A stretch of DNA of 44,092 bases from Rhizaria sp. SCN 62-66 (taxonomy: Eukaryota): assembly GCA_001724265.1 (NCBI GenBank), contig MEDY01000259.1, positions 1 through 44,092 of the forward strand, written 5' to 3'. Shown here one piece after another: positions 9,880-20,800 of this stretch (position 1 is its first letter; each line of letters opens with the position of its first letter). The notes beneath the pieces are model-generated. The model had not been told where the DNA came from. It searched no databases and worked only from the letters and a program-made list of their open reading frames with translations. The translations under genes and the position numbers were made by a program.

Positions 9880-11870
9880 GTGTTGTTGCTGTTGTTGTTG
9901 CGCATGTGATTGTGAGTCCGACTGCGAGCTCAAGTTTGATTGCGACGGATTGTAGTACCCAGCCCTTAACCGCGCCAGTGCATTACCGCAGCCGCCGACG
10001 CCACTCACGCTGGCGTTGACCCTAAGAGGGGACGAGCCGAACACGGACGCCGCTCCTGCTGCTCCAGTCACTGACACTGACGCACTCTCTCGCTGCGACT
10101 GCTGCGCCTAAGCCTGTGCCCGTGGTTGAGACTGCAAGTGCAACTGCACGTGTGCGCGTGACTGAGCTTGCGCGAGCGACGACTGCACGAGCGCGTCGAG
10201 CGCGTCGTTGTTCGAAGTGAGGCCGCGCAGGTTTGTCGGCGCCCACAGACTACGGGGCTGTTGCTGCTGCTGCAGTTGTAGTTGTAGTTGCAACTGCTGT
10301 TGCTGCAGCTGTTGTTGCTGCTGCTGCATGCCAAGTCCTCGTGACAGCGGCCGTTGGCCCCTCTGAAGACGCTGTTGCTGCAACAAGAGCTCTTGTTGCT
10401 GCTGTTGCAGTTGCAGCTTCTGTTGATTGTTGAGTGAGACTGATGAAACAAGCGAGGATGCAGCTCGGCTAAAACGCTCTTCTTCCTCTTTCTTCAGCTT
10501 GGATTCGTAGAGAGCGTTTTCGCGCGCGAACAAAAGTTTGGCCGCCTGAAGCTTTGCGTGCAGCGTGCGCCTCGTGTCCAGGTTGCTATGAACAGCGTTG
10601 GCGTCTGCACTTGCGTCGCCTGTCAAATGACTGTAAGCACTCGCAGCAGTATTACGAGGCGTATCGATCACAATGTGGTTGCTGCTGCTCCTTGTGTTCA
10701 CGTCAGAGTACGCATTATTGTTGAAGTTGTGTGTGTAGTGATCGTTGTCATCGTCATCGTCATCACATCCGTCAGTCACATTGGCGCTGGCGCTCCCATT
10801 GGCACCGGCACTGGTGCTTGGCCAAGCCCCAGGCGCAGTCCGGCCCCTCTGCGCAGCGTATGCAGCGCCGGAGTTCAAGGCGGTCGCAGCAGCGTCTGCA
10901 TGCCTCTTGTGCGCTGCTGCTGCTGCCGCCGCAGCCGCCTCCGCCGCCCCGGTCGTAGCTGCGGCCGAAGCAGTAGCTGCTGCGTTGCTGCCCGTACCAG
11001 AGTTAGACTGCTGCTGTTGTTTCTGTTGCTTTTGCGCTGCTTTGAATGCGTAATACCCCGCAGCAGCAGAGGCAGCACCAACGCTCTCATAATCGCCGTT
11101 GTTGTTGTTGTCACTGGCGTTGTCGCTGTTCGCAGCGGCGGCAGAATGGCCACGGGCAGCACTATTAACAGCGGAAAAGTGGCTGCGACTCTCTGATGAG
11201 TGACCGTGTACAGCAGCAGGGCGCACTCGTAAGCACAGTGAGTCATACACGAGCTTCTGCTGCTGGTCCGACAAGAGCGTGTAAGCATCGGAGATTGCAA
11301 CGAACGCGGCAGAAGCAGTCTCGGTGGTAGCAGGGTCACTGTCAGTGAGCTTATCGGGGTGACAAAGCAACGCGAGTCTGCGTGATTTCAACAACGAGTC
11401 GACACAAAGCGAGACACAATGAATAATCACAAGTCAGAATAAAGAGAAGTTGTGGGTAAGAAGCTCGTCTTCAGAATTTTGACAGAGATAAGAAACCAAA
11501 CGGAGTACTCAGGCGTATTGCAATATATAAAACTACGTTAGGTATACCATATCCCACTTGAATGAAAGAAATTAAGATATTTGCGTGGGGTATGCGAGGA
11601 AACGTACTGGCGGTACTTGCTCCTGACTTCGCTCACAGTTGCGCTTTGAGGCAGCCCTAAAACAGAGTAGTGGTCGACAAAAGCCACGACTTGCTGCGGC
11701 TATTGCTGCTGATGTTGATTGTACTGCCATTGGTGATAGCCCGCGTTCGCGTTGACAGCGGCGGCGAACGAGGACGCTGACGAAGGCAAAGGACGGAGTG
11801 GCAGGGACTGTGGCTGCGCCGCGCGCGTGACGCGGGCGATTTCCGCTAAGGCAACCGCTACAGCGCTCAT
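8971..11870 (-). CDS. J-domain (DnaJ/Hsp40) protein with Q/A/N-rich linker and C-terminal PH-like domain, 3 exons, about 817 aa with two in-frame TAG
   Basis: Exons 11870-11608, 11377-9484, 9267-8971. J domain: DHYSVLGLPQSATVSEVRSKYRQLALLCHPDK...FVAISDAYTLLSD...YD. PH-like end: RLQWRLVK...DGALPFAQL...LTLRARSDALVVQWVQAIN. Stop TGA. Confidence 0.85.
10108..10110 (-). other. In-frame TAG (putative Gln) in the J-PH gene
   Basis: Reads QSQPRAQA*AQQSQ. ORFs 10108..11430 and 9415..10077 are in frame, 10 codons apart. Confidence 0.8.
11700..11702 (-). other. In-frame TAG (putative Gln) just upstream of the J domain
   Basis: Reads CAA CAT CAG CAG CAA TAG CCG CAG CAA GTC GTG GCT TTT GTC GAC CAC TAC. 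No in-frame ATG lies between the TAG and the J domain. Confidence 0.8.
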
Positions 11871-12228
11871 ATTTGCGCAGAATAACGTTCAATGTATACG
11901 AAAACCGATCTATGAAGCTATGGCAGACCATTTTGTTCAGATAGCGATGATTTGAAGGGCGTTCACGTGCGGTGAGTTTGCGGTGTGGAAAGGCAGTGAG
12001 CGTGTAGGGAATATGAAGGCATAGATCGAATAAAGTAAGCTTTGTATAATAAATAATTTTAGTTTTAGTGAGACTAAGTAACATATTTGTTCAATAAATA
12101 CATTGACGATCATTCCACAGAGAACGCCTCGTCACAATTCCGTCCGTTATATCAAAGAAGCAAGCAAGCGTTCGCTCTTACATTTCACACCGCGTTAGCT
12201 AGAAAGCAGCGGTCACGTTGCGTATCAC

Positions 12229-13092
12229 TCACTGTTGTTGAGACTCGTCACCAGTCCACAGTGACGACGACGATGCTGACAGCAAACGCCGCGCAAAGTT
12301 AAGCCGCCACTCCGCACGACGATGACGAGCAATATCATCATTCACAGCACTCGTACTCGCATCAGCAGCAGCAGGAACAGCAGCAAGAGTGTTGTGAGAG
12401 TTGTTATTGTTGTTGCTGTTGCTGTTGCCTTGGTTATCGGGGTGACCGTGGTCAGCAGGAAGGCGCAGCAGGCGGCTTAGGTTAAAGCTATGCGGCGCAA
12501 CGACAGTCCTCACGGAGCCACCCCACTGAGTCAGGTCGTTGATGTAAGTGCCCACGTTGTCGCTGTTGCTCGAGTAAGTAGCGGCACAGTCAGAAGCGCA
12601 TAGAATAGCCGACATTGAGGTGCCGTTGCTCGTGGTACTTACATTGCCTTCAGTGCTACTTACACCGCTGCCAGAGCCACTATTATCACTGTCAGTGCTC
12701 GCAGCACTTACGCTGGAGCTGGCGGCACTGAGACTGTCGGCGGAGAGCGGGGGAGATGTGAGGCCTAAGTACCCCCCAACTCTATACCAAGCGTAGGCAA
12801 AGTAACCTTGCTGCTGCTGCTGCTCTAGTTGAGATTGCACAGTAACATTACTCTTGTCAGCGATCGTGTTCGAGTCCGCGTTCACAGTGCTCAGAACAGC
12901 AGTCTCTCGCAGGGAGCCAGGCTGCTCCTCCAGCTTCACATCGGGCTCCTGCTTCTGTTCCTGCTTCTGTTCCTGCTTCTGCTCTAGCGTTTGCTCTTGC
13001 TCGAGCTCCATGCTGCTGAACACGGCCACGGGCCGCGCCCGCGCCCTCACGACCGCGGCCGCCGCCGCAGCCTCGGCCTCCGCAGCGGCCAT

Positions 13093-13123
<31 letters not shown>

Positions 13124-16100
13124 GCGCGGGCGCGGGCAGCGAGCGAGAGCGCGAGGAAGTACGCAGGACGCAGCAGCGGGGCATACAAGAGCAGGGAGCG
13201 GGTCGCGCTCTCGCTGCCAACAGCCGCGCTCTCGCTGCGAGCAGCCGCGCTCTCGTTGTCGCGGCCGCGGCTTGCGCTAACCCTAGCGTCGCTGTTGCCG
13301 CCGGCAGAGGCAGAACTCGTCACGGGCGCCACTGCCGCTGCCGCCGCTGAGACACCATCAGTGGGGGCAGAGGCAGAGGTAGTTATAGCGCCGAAATCAC
13401 TGCTCGGCGACCCACTCACGCTCGTGGCGCCCGTGTCAGCAATGCGCGCCGCCTGCGCCGGAGCTGTAGCGCCGTTGTTGCTGCTTCCGACACCTGGGGT
13501 GCCGCCGAAGCTAAGGATATACGACAAGAACGACTGAGACTGCTGCGCCTGCGGCTGTGTCTTAGCCAGCGACTGTACCGACGGTGACTGTGAGTCAGCA
13601 ACCGCAACTGCCTGTGAGCTCTTCGCAACAGCTGACTGCAAGTCAGCGTCGAGGAGGCTAGACTCGTTGCCGTGAGTTTGGGCGTTCACGGACGCGTTGC
13701 CGCTCACAGAGACAGAGTCCGTGGCAATGACTGCGGCCACGCTGTCGTTCCCGCCCGCACTCGCATTGCCACTCGCGCTGGCGCTTGCACTGGGGCCAAC
13801 GCTGCCACTGCTGGCGATCGGAGCGAGGACGTCGTCGTTGGTGATGTTGCCCTGAGCCGTCGCACTACTCCTCGCGGTGTTGCCACCTGCGGTGCTCTCG
13901 TCTGTGTCATCAGCACCGCTCTGATTATGATGATGATGACTATGGTTGTGGTGAAGGTGGTTGTCGTGCTTGTGCGTGTGTGTCAGCAGCCGGATGAGCG
14001 GCCCGAGCCCGGGCAGCTCCCCGGGCTCCGGGTCAGTGACGACAACGCCGACGCAGCCGCAGTCGCCCGCGCTCTGCACCAGGTGCTCACGGTCGCTCAG
14101 CGGCCGCGCGCGGTCGCGCTCAGAGTCGCCGTCGCAGTCCTCAGCATTGTCGTCATAATCGTCGTCGTCATCATCGTCGTCGTTGTTGTTGCTGAAGGTA
14201 TTGTTGCTGAGATCGTCGAGCTGGGCACTTAGCCGGCGGTGTAAGTGCCGCGCCGCGCCGGTTCTCTGTAAGTACCCGTCGTGGTAGTCCACAGGCGAGT
14301 CGCCGCAGCAGAGGCGGCTCGACTTGATGAGGCTGGGTAGACCGACGCTGACGGCCCAGTGCGGCAGCGCGACCGCGACGACGACCTCGTCGCTGGCACT
14401 GCGAGCGCCGCCATCAACCGAGCTCTCACCCGCATTCGCACCCGCACTCGCGCTGGCGTTGGCGCTGACAGGGTCGGCATCGCTCAGGTTCGCGGGGCGA
14501 GCAGTGGAGCTAGCGACGGATGCGTTGGCGTTCAAGATGCCGATGTCGGTCGCGATGTTGTTGGTGTTGTTGTTGCTGATGCTCTTATTGTTCCCATTCG
14601 CATTCACAGTCAAAACAGTCATGCTCTTGTTGTTATTGTGAGTGGCTGCGGCGCTGTCAGTGGCGCCCACGGTGGCAGCGATCGCCGCCGTGGTCGAGTC
14701 GTGGATCGCGGCGGCCGCGGCGGCCACGGCGGCGGCGGCGGCCGCGGCCGTCGTGTGCTTCGCGTACTTGCCTCCACCAGTCGCACTGTTTACACTCGCG
14801 CTGAGAGTGTTTGTGCTGTTACTAGCGGTAGCGTTCGCGAGTATAGCATCCTTCGTGGTAGGCGCGGCCGCAGCTGCATCGACGTCGGCGCTAACCCCCA
14901 AGCTAGCGTTGCTGTTGCTCTTGATGCTGTGCGCGTTAGCAGTGTCTTCGTTGTCGGTGCTGGGGGTCGCCGCGTTGACATTGCAGATGGCAGCGGTCAG
15001 CACAATCATCACTCGCGTGCGCGCGCGCGCGAGCTCATCGTTGAGGTTGATGTCTAAGGGGGCACTTATGTCTACGGGGGTACTTACACCACCAGCGCTC
15101 TCGGTCGCAGTCGTCGCGGCAGGCATAGCTGTCGCAGCATCAGTTGCAACAGCGTTCAAACTCGAGGTTGCATCAGCCACAGCCAAAGTCACTGCCGCAG
15201 ACGCAGCAGCGGTCGCAGTGTCGTCACAGGCGGTGCGCGCTTGAGCTGGTACGCTTGCACCGACCTCAGCGTTGTTGCTGGCATCACTGCTAGCGTCAGT
15301 GTAAGTACTTGCGCGGTCCATGTAAGGGCTGTATCCACTTAGCAGCGACTCAATCATGTCCACCGAGGAGGACCCCGCCATGTAAGCGCCCTCATCCTCG
15401 TCTGTCTAAGGGCCGCGCGCGCGGCGCGTTTGGCTGTAGGTGAACAAGAAGGGGTTCAGACTGTAGTCGTCGGTCAGGGGCTCGAAGCGCACGACACCGC
15501 CACCGCCGCCGCCGGCACTCTTGGCGGCGACGGCGGCGTGGGCGCTGGCTGCAGCTGCTGCAGCCGCCGAGGCAGCAGCGGTGGCGGCGGCAGTGGCAGT
15601 AGCGTCGGCATCGGCCGCCGCAGCGGCCAAGGCTAGCGCAGCGCCCTTCTTTGCGCCCGCACTCGCATCAGCGCCAGCGCCAGTGTTGGCCGCGGCGCTC
15701 TTGTCCAGACTCTGCGACTGCGCAGACTGCGTAGACTGTGTCGACTGCGTGGGTTGCGAAGAGAAGAGCGACCACGTCATGTTGAGCAGCGACTCCACCA
15801 CGCTTACACCGTCGTCGCGTGGAGCACTTACCCCGTCTAAGGGGGCACTTATACCTGCCACTGGAACAGCAGCAACAGCACTTGCACTCGCAGCGTCAAC
15901 AGCGTTATTCGCGCCCACACTGCTGTCGACAACGTTGGCGTTTGAGCTGCTACTGGTGGTGCTATCGGACTCCGCCGCCGTCACAGCGGGCTTCGCCGCC
16001 GCTGCCGCGCTGCTGCTCGGCTGCGCGACGGCGCTGCTGGTGGTGTGCGCGACGGCGAGGTGGCTGTGCGCGGACACGAGGTGCTCGAGGGCCTGCGCGA

Positions 16101-17086
16101 CGAGCAGCAGCCCCGACGTTGGCGATAACAGCGAGGGGGGCAGCACGACTGCCAGCGCCGCCGCCACGGCCAGCGGGTCCGAGCTCGACGCCAGAGTCGC
16201 CAACGCGTCCGCCAGAGACGTCGCGCCAGCGGCACCGTCGCCGTCGTCGCCGTCGCCGTCGCCGTGACTGTCAGCGTCAGCGGCGTCGGGGTGGTGGCCG
16301 TGGTGGGGCAGGAGTAGAGCGGAGTTGAGCTGTGAGTGCGAGTGCGGGTGCAGCGAGACAACGCCGCCAGACTTGCCGTTTCCCGCCTTGCTGGCCCGCC
16401 TCGCGCTACTCTTGGCCTTGCCGCCGCCGCTCTTTGCGTTCAGGGAGCTGTTGCTGTGTGAGTTGTTGCTGTAGAGCGCCGTGGGCGACGAGAAGTCGAC
16501 CGAGGAGAGCATGTCGCGCTCGTACCGGGCCGCTTCCTCGGCCTCCTGCGCGGCCTTAAGCCGCTGGTAGGCGTAGTAGTCCTCCCAGCGCTGACTGGAC
16601 ATGTCGAAGGCGGCGCCGAAGCTGGCCAGCTCGCGGTAGGCGAAGGACCGGACGCGGATGCTGCCCTTGAGAATCGCAGTCTGCGGGTGCACGCGGTTCA
16701 TGTACACGTCCATGAACGTGTCCATGGCGCAGGAGCACTCGCAGGTAACCTGTGCGCGGGCAAAACAGGTCGGGAAGGTGAGTGGCGAAGAGAGAACGGG
16801 AGCAGTGCGCGAATGTGGGGTGAGTGAGATTCAAGCGGGGAACGAGGAGGCTTTGCATTTGCGACTGGGTAGAGACGGAGTCGAGCGCGGAACGTACGTG
16901 TTTGTCTTCGGGAACGTCTTTATAGATAATGACCCCTGTCTCGGGGGTGACGCGGATGGCCCTGACCTCTTCTTTGCCGTCAACATCAACGCGGAACATG
17001 ACGGTGCCCTTGTAGGGCCCGCCCGCGAGATGGGCGAATCGCAGGAAGTCCATCGTCTCGTCAAGCTCTTTTACGCGGTCTGTCAT
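12229..17086 (-). CDS. Large protein with N-terminal SCP2 (sterol carrier)-like domain and long low-complexity tail, about 1570 aa with one in-frame TAG; start uncertain (possible extra exon from ATG 17247)
   Basis: Exons 17086-16898 and 16749-12229. YKGTVMFRVD...VTCECSCAMDTFMDVYMNRVHPQTAILKGSIRVR resembles the SCP2 pattern. Stop TGA. Confidence 0.7.
15406..15408 (-). other. In-frame TAG in the SCP2-domain gene
   Basis: Reads RARGP*TDEDEGAYMAGSS. ORFs 15406..16725 and 12229..15381 are in frame, 8 codons apart. Confidence 0.75.
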
Positions 17087-17876
17087 TTTGAGTCCGTATC
17101 ACACACTGGACAAAGTACCAGGAGTGCGAATTGATACTCGTGCTGACGGCCGGATGAACGTAAGAAATGCACTTTCATCTGTCGCATTTTCAAGCTCATC
17201 TCGCGGGGCTCGACGGGCCCCTCCCAGTCCAGCTTGAGGTCAGACATAGATTTCTCGATTTAGATGATGGTTATTTCAAGATATAGAATAAAAAGTTATG
17301 TTTCCAAATAGAAATACACGGAATTTATTAGAATATACACAAATATGCGCAAAAATCGCAGATGGAAGCGTGTTATACAAGTGGAAAGATGAGGCTCGCG
17401 CCTTCAGGTTGTCCTGACTTCGGCCTTCGCGAACACCGTGCAATAAGTCAATACAGGTGTGATTTTAGCATTCCACGTATATTTCACTTTGTAAAATAAC
17501 TGGAAATATTATCACCAAGTCCCCTAGGCCGATGTACAGCGCAGAATATGAGTTGATAAGACTTGCAGCGACCCGTTGCCGGCCCACAGCAAATTTTTGC
17601 GAACGCAGCCGTGGAGATCTCGTCAACCACATCTCTTCGCAAACACTCTCGCTCTCGGCCAAAGTCCGTTGTTTACAACTGTGACACCAATAGCGCACCA
17701 CAACACGAGCGGACATATTTTGTTTTTATTTTCATTTTTGTTCAGGCCTTGTTAATCTTGCTCCACGCCTTCGTTTCTGTCGCTCTTCTCCCAGTCGTTC
17801 TCCCGTCTCTCATCCCCTTCGCTTCGCGCGTCTACGCACACCAGAGCGCACTCCGGCGCTTTCTAACAGCACTGAG

Positions 17877-20800
17877 ATGGCGAGTCTTGAGCTGTACACG
17901 CTTGCCGGCGAGGTTTTGCGTGACTTTCTGCTCTCCAAGGGTTCGCTCAAGGTTCGTTTTACACCACTCATTCGGTTGCCCAATGCTATCCTAATTCGAC
18001 ATGCCGGTCGACCTAAGCAATATGAATTCTACTCCAGACTAAACTCAATGCCTATATATGTGTTATTGCATCTTTTTGTTGTTGTGCACTTTCACAGAAC
18101 CTTTGTTACGCTGCGCGCATTCCCCCCGCGTTCCGCGCGCCGATCATCTCCCTGGTCAACAACACACTGCGCTTCCGCCCGCTGCTGCTCTCCATCCTCA
18201 CCACCGCACACATCCCCGGCTTCCGCCTCGCAGACGTCGTCAAGTACGAGGCCAACGCGCGCTTCAACGCTCTTCTGGCCCCCGCCGCGAACAACAGCAG
18301 TTCTGCTAGCGCTGGTACTGGCGCTTCTGTTGACGACGACGACGAAAACGGCGGTGTGGAGCTCCCCACGGGCGCTGCGGCCCTTGAAGGCAGCTCGCAG
18401 GCCTCCTGGCAGCCCGCGACCGTTGCTGTTACTCTTAACGTGACTAACAATAATAACGCTGGTGCAAACGCCAACGCTGGCCACAAGGGACAGCAGCACA
18501 ACAACAAAAGCACCTCGTCGACCGTCAAGATCCGCTTCGAGCGCGAGGCGATGCTGATTCTGGCCTACGATATGCTCTTCGGCCAGGGCCTGCCGCGCTT
18601 CGCGGCCGCCAACAGCGCCGCTCCCGGTACTGGTGCCGCTCACGGTCACCCCAAGGGTTCCCATGGCTCTCACAACAACAACGCCGCCGGCGGCGGCGGC
18701 GGCGGCGACCGGAGCGATCCGTACGGCTTCAAGGCCGCGGCTCGTTTGCTCTCGACGCAGCCGTGCCCGCTGCCGCCGCCGCCCGCGGGCAGCCACGCGT
18801 TTGCGGTGACGCCCTCGACCTACACCAAGCCCGCCTCCAAAGCGAAGGAGAGTCAGGTAAGCAAGGACGATAAAGACAGCAGTGCAAGCGCTGATGCTGC
18901 GGACGCTGCCGCGAACGACAGCATCGTCGCGGGCAGCAGCAGCAACAGCTGCCACAGCAACGCGACGGCCATCACAGCTTACGGCCTGCATCTGACCCAG
19001 GCTGCGGCGGCCGGCGCGCTGTCGGTGCTGGTTGACTGGGGCGAGAATAAGGCCCGCGAGGCCGCGGCGGCGGCGGCGAACCCCGCGGCCAACACCAATG
19101 CGAACAACAACAACAAGTTCAACAACAAGAGCTACAACAACAAGTTTGGCAACAACGCGAAGCACACCTCGAACGCTAGTTCCAGCACCGGCGGCGGCGG
19201 CGGCGGCTTCGGCAGTGCCAGCGTCAGTGAGGTAAAGACGGCGATCGTGCGCGCCGCGCAGGCAGTGTGCCGAGTGCTGGCGCTGCCGCTGCCGCCGGCG
19301 CTGGCTGCGCTGGACCCGCAGGCCGCGGCGGCGGGCCCCAGTCCCCACCCATACGCCCACGTGAACAACAACAGCGGCGGCGGCGGCGCGGGCGGCGGCG
19401 CCAACGGCGGCGGTGGCGGCAACAAGGGCTTCAACAAGGGCTCTGGCGGCAACAACAATAACAACAGCAGCGGAAACAACGGCGGCAATGTGGGTAAAGT
19501 GTGGTTTTTGGGCCCGTTCCCCCCCGTCGCCAGCGCCAGCAGCCCCGCACACAGTCTCAAGCTGCCTCTCACCACGATCGTTCCCAGCGCCCCCTCGACC
19601 AGCAGCAAGGCCAACGTCAGTGCCAGCGCCAGCTCGAGCTCTCCTGCGAGTGCGGGTGCAGCGTTGGTGTCACCGCCGCCGCTGCTGGTGGGCTCGCTGC
19701 AATACACTGTGGCCGCCGCTGGCCCCGCGGTGACCGGCGACGACGTCAACAACAACCTGAACACAAAGCAACACTTTAACAACAACAACAACAAGTTTGC
19801 TGGCGCGAGCGGCAAGGATAGCAAGGATAACTTGGCCCCCCGCGACTGGCCTCTGTCGAAGCGGCTTCACTTCCTGCTCGCCTCCGTCGCCCGCCGGCAC
19901 CCAAACTATCCCAATAGCGCCGCCCACGACACTTCCAAAGGCGGCGGCCAGAGCGGCGGTCAGAGCGGCGCGATGACTGTGCGTACCGAGAGCGTGATCA
20001 CCGACGCCGCCCTCGACCCCGCGCACGCGGTGACCGTGGGCCACGCCGCCGCGCTGCTGCTTGCGGCGGGCAGCGCGGCCACTGCCTCCGGAGTGGGCGC
20101 CAACGTCCGCGGGCTGCCCGCCGGTCTGGGCGCCGTCGACCCGTACGCGCACATGCTGCCGCCGGCCTTGGTGTTGGCGACCTCGCAGTCGGGGCCCTGG
20201 AGCACGGTCAGCTCGCGCCGGCCGCGCTACCTGCGCGTCAACACGCTCGTCGACGTCGCCACCGTGGCTAAAGCTGCGATCGAGCTCGCCAACACAGTCC
20301 CCAGCGTCAAAACCAAGGGCAAGCACAGCGCGGACGCTGCTGCCGCGGACGCTGCGGTCGCGGCCGCGGCGAAGGAGGCTGCCGACGCGACCAAGAAGCA
20401 CGGCAAGAAGGGCAAGAACATGGCCGACAGCGACGACGACAGCGACGACGCCACTGACAGTGAAGGCGATGACGATGACGACGACGACGGCGAGAATGAG
20501 AACAACGAGTCCGACGCCGAGTCCGCGTCGAAGCCCAACTCTAGCGAGGCCAACGCAGGCGCGTTCGGTTGCGGCGTGGCCGATGCGCTGGCTCCGCTGC
20601 TAGGCCCGCGCGCCGCGGCGCTGCTCGCGGCTGCGTTGCGCGCGCGGTCGCTGCCCGCGGTCACGCTACTGCTCACGGCGCTCGTCGCGGCCGCGCGCGA
20701 CGCCGCGGCGCGCAAGATCAGGGCCGCGCTGCTCCAGCAGGGCCCCGCGAAGGCCGCGTCTGCTGCTAACGATGCGAACGTTGCTGGTGTCGATAACGTG

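Noticed and set aside
7101-15408. Reading the TAG-interrupted genes as pseudogenes
   Set aside because: There are no frameshifts and no internal TAA/TGA, motifs and splice sites are intact, and all four lesions are the same codon, mostly in Gln tracts. Read-level confirmation is still needed.
17087-17247. Upstream exon MSDLKLDWEGPVEPREMSLKMRQMK for the SCP2-domain gene
   Set aside because: It looks coding, but I found no consensus donor/acceptor pair with matching phase, so it is left out of the model pending cDNA.
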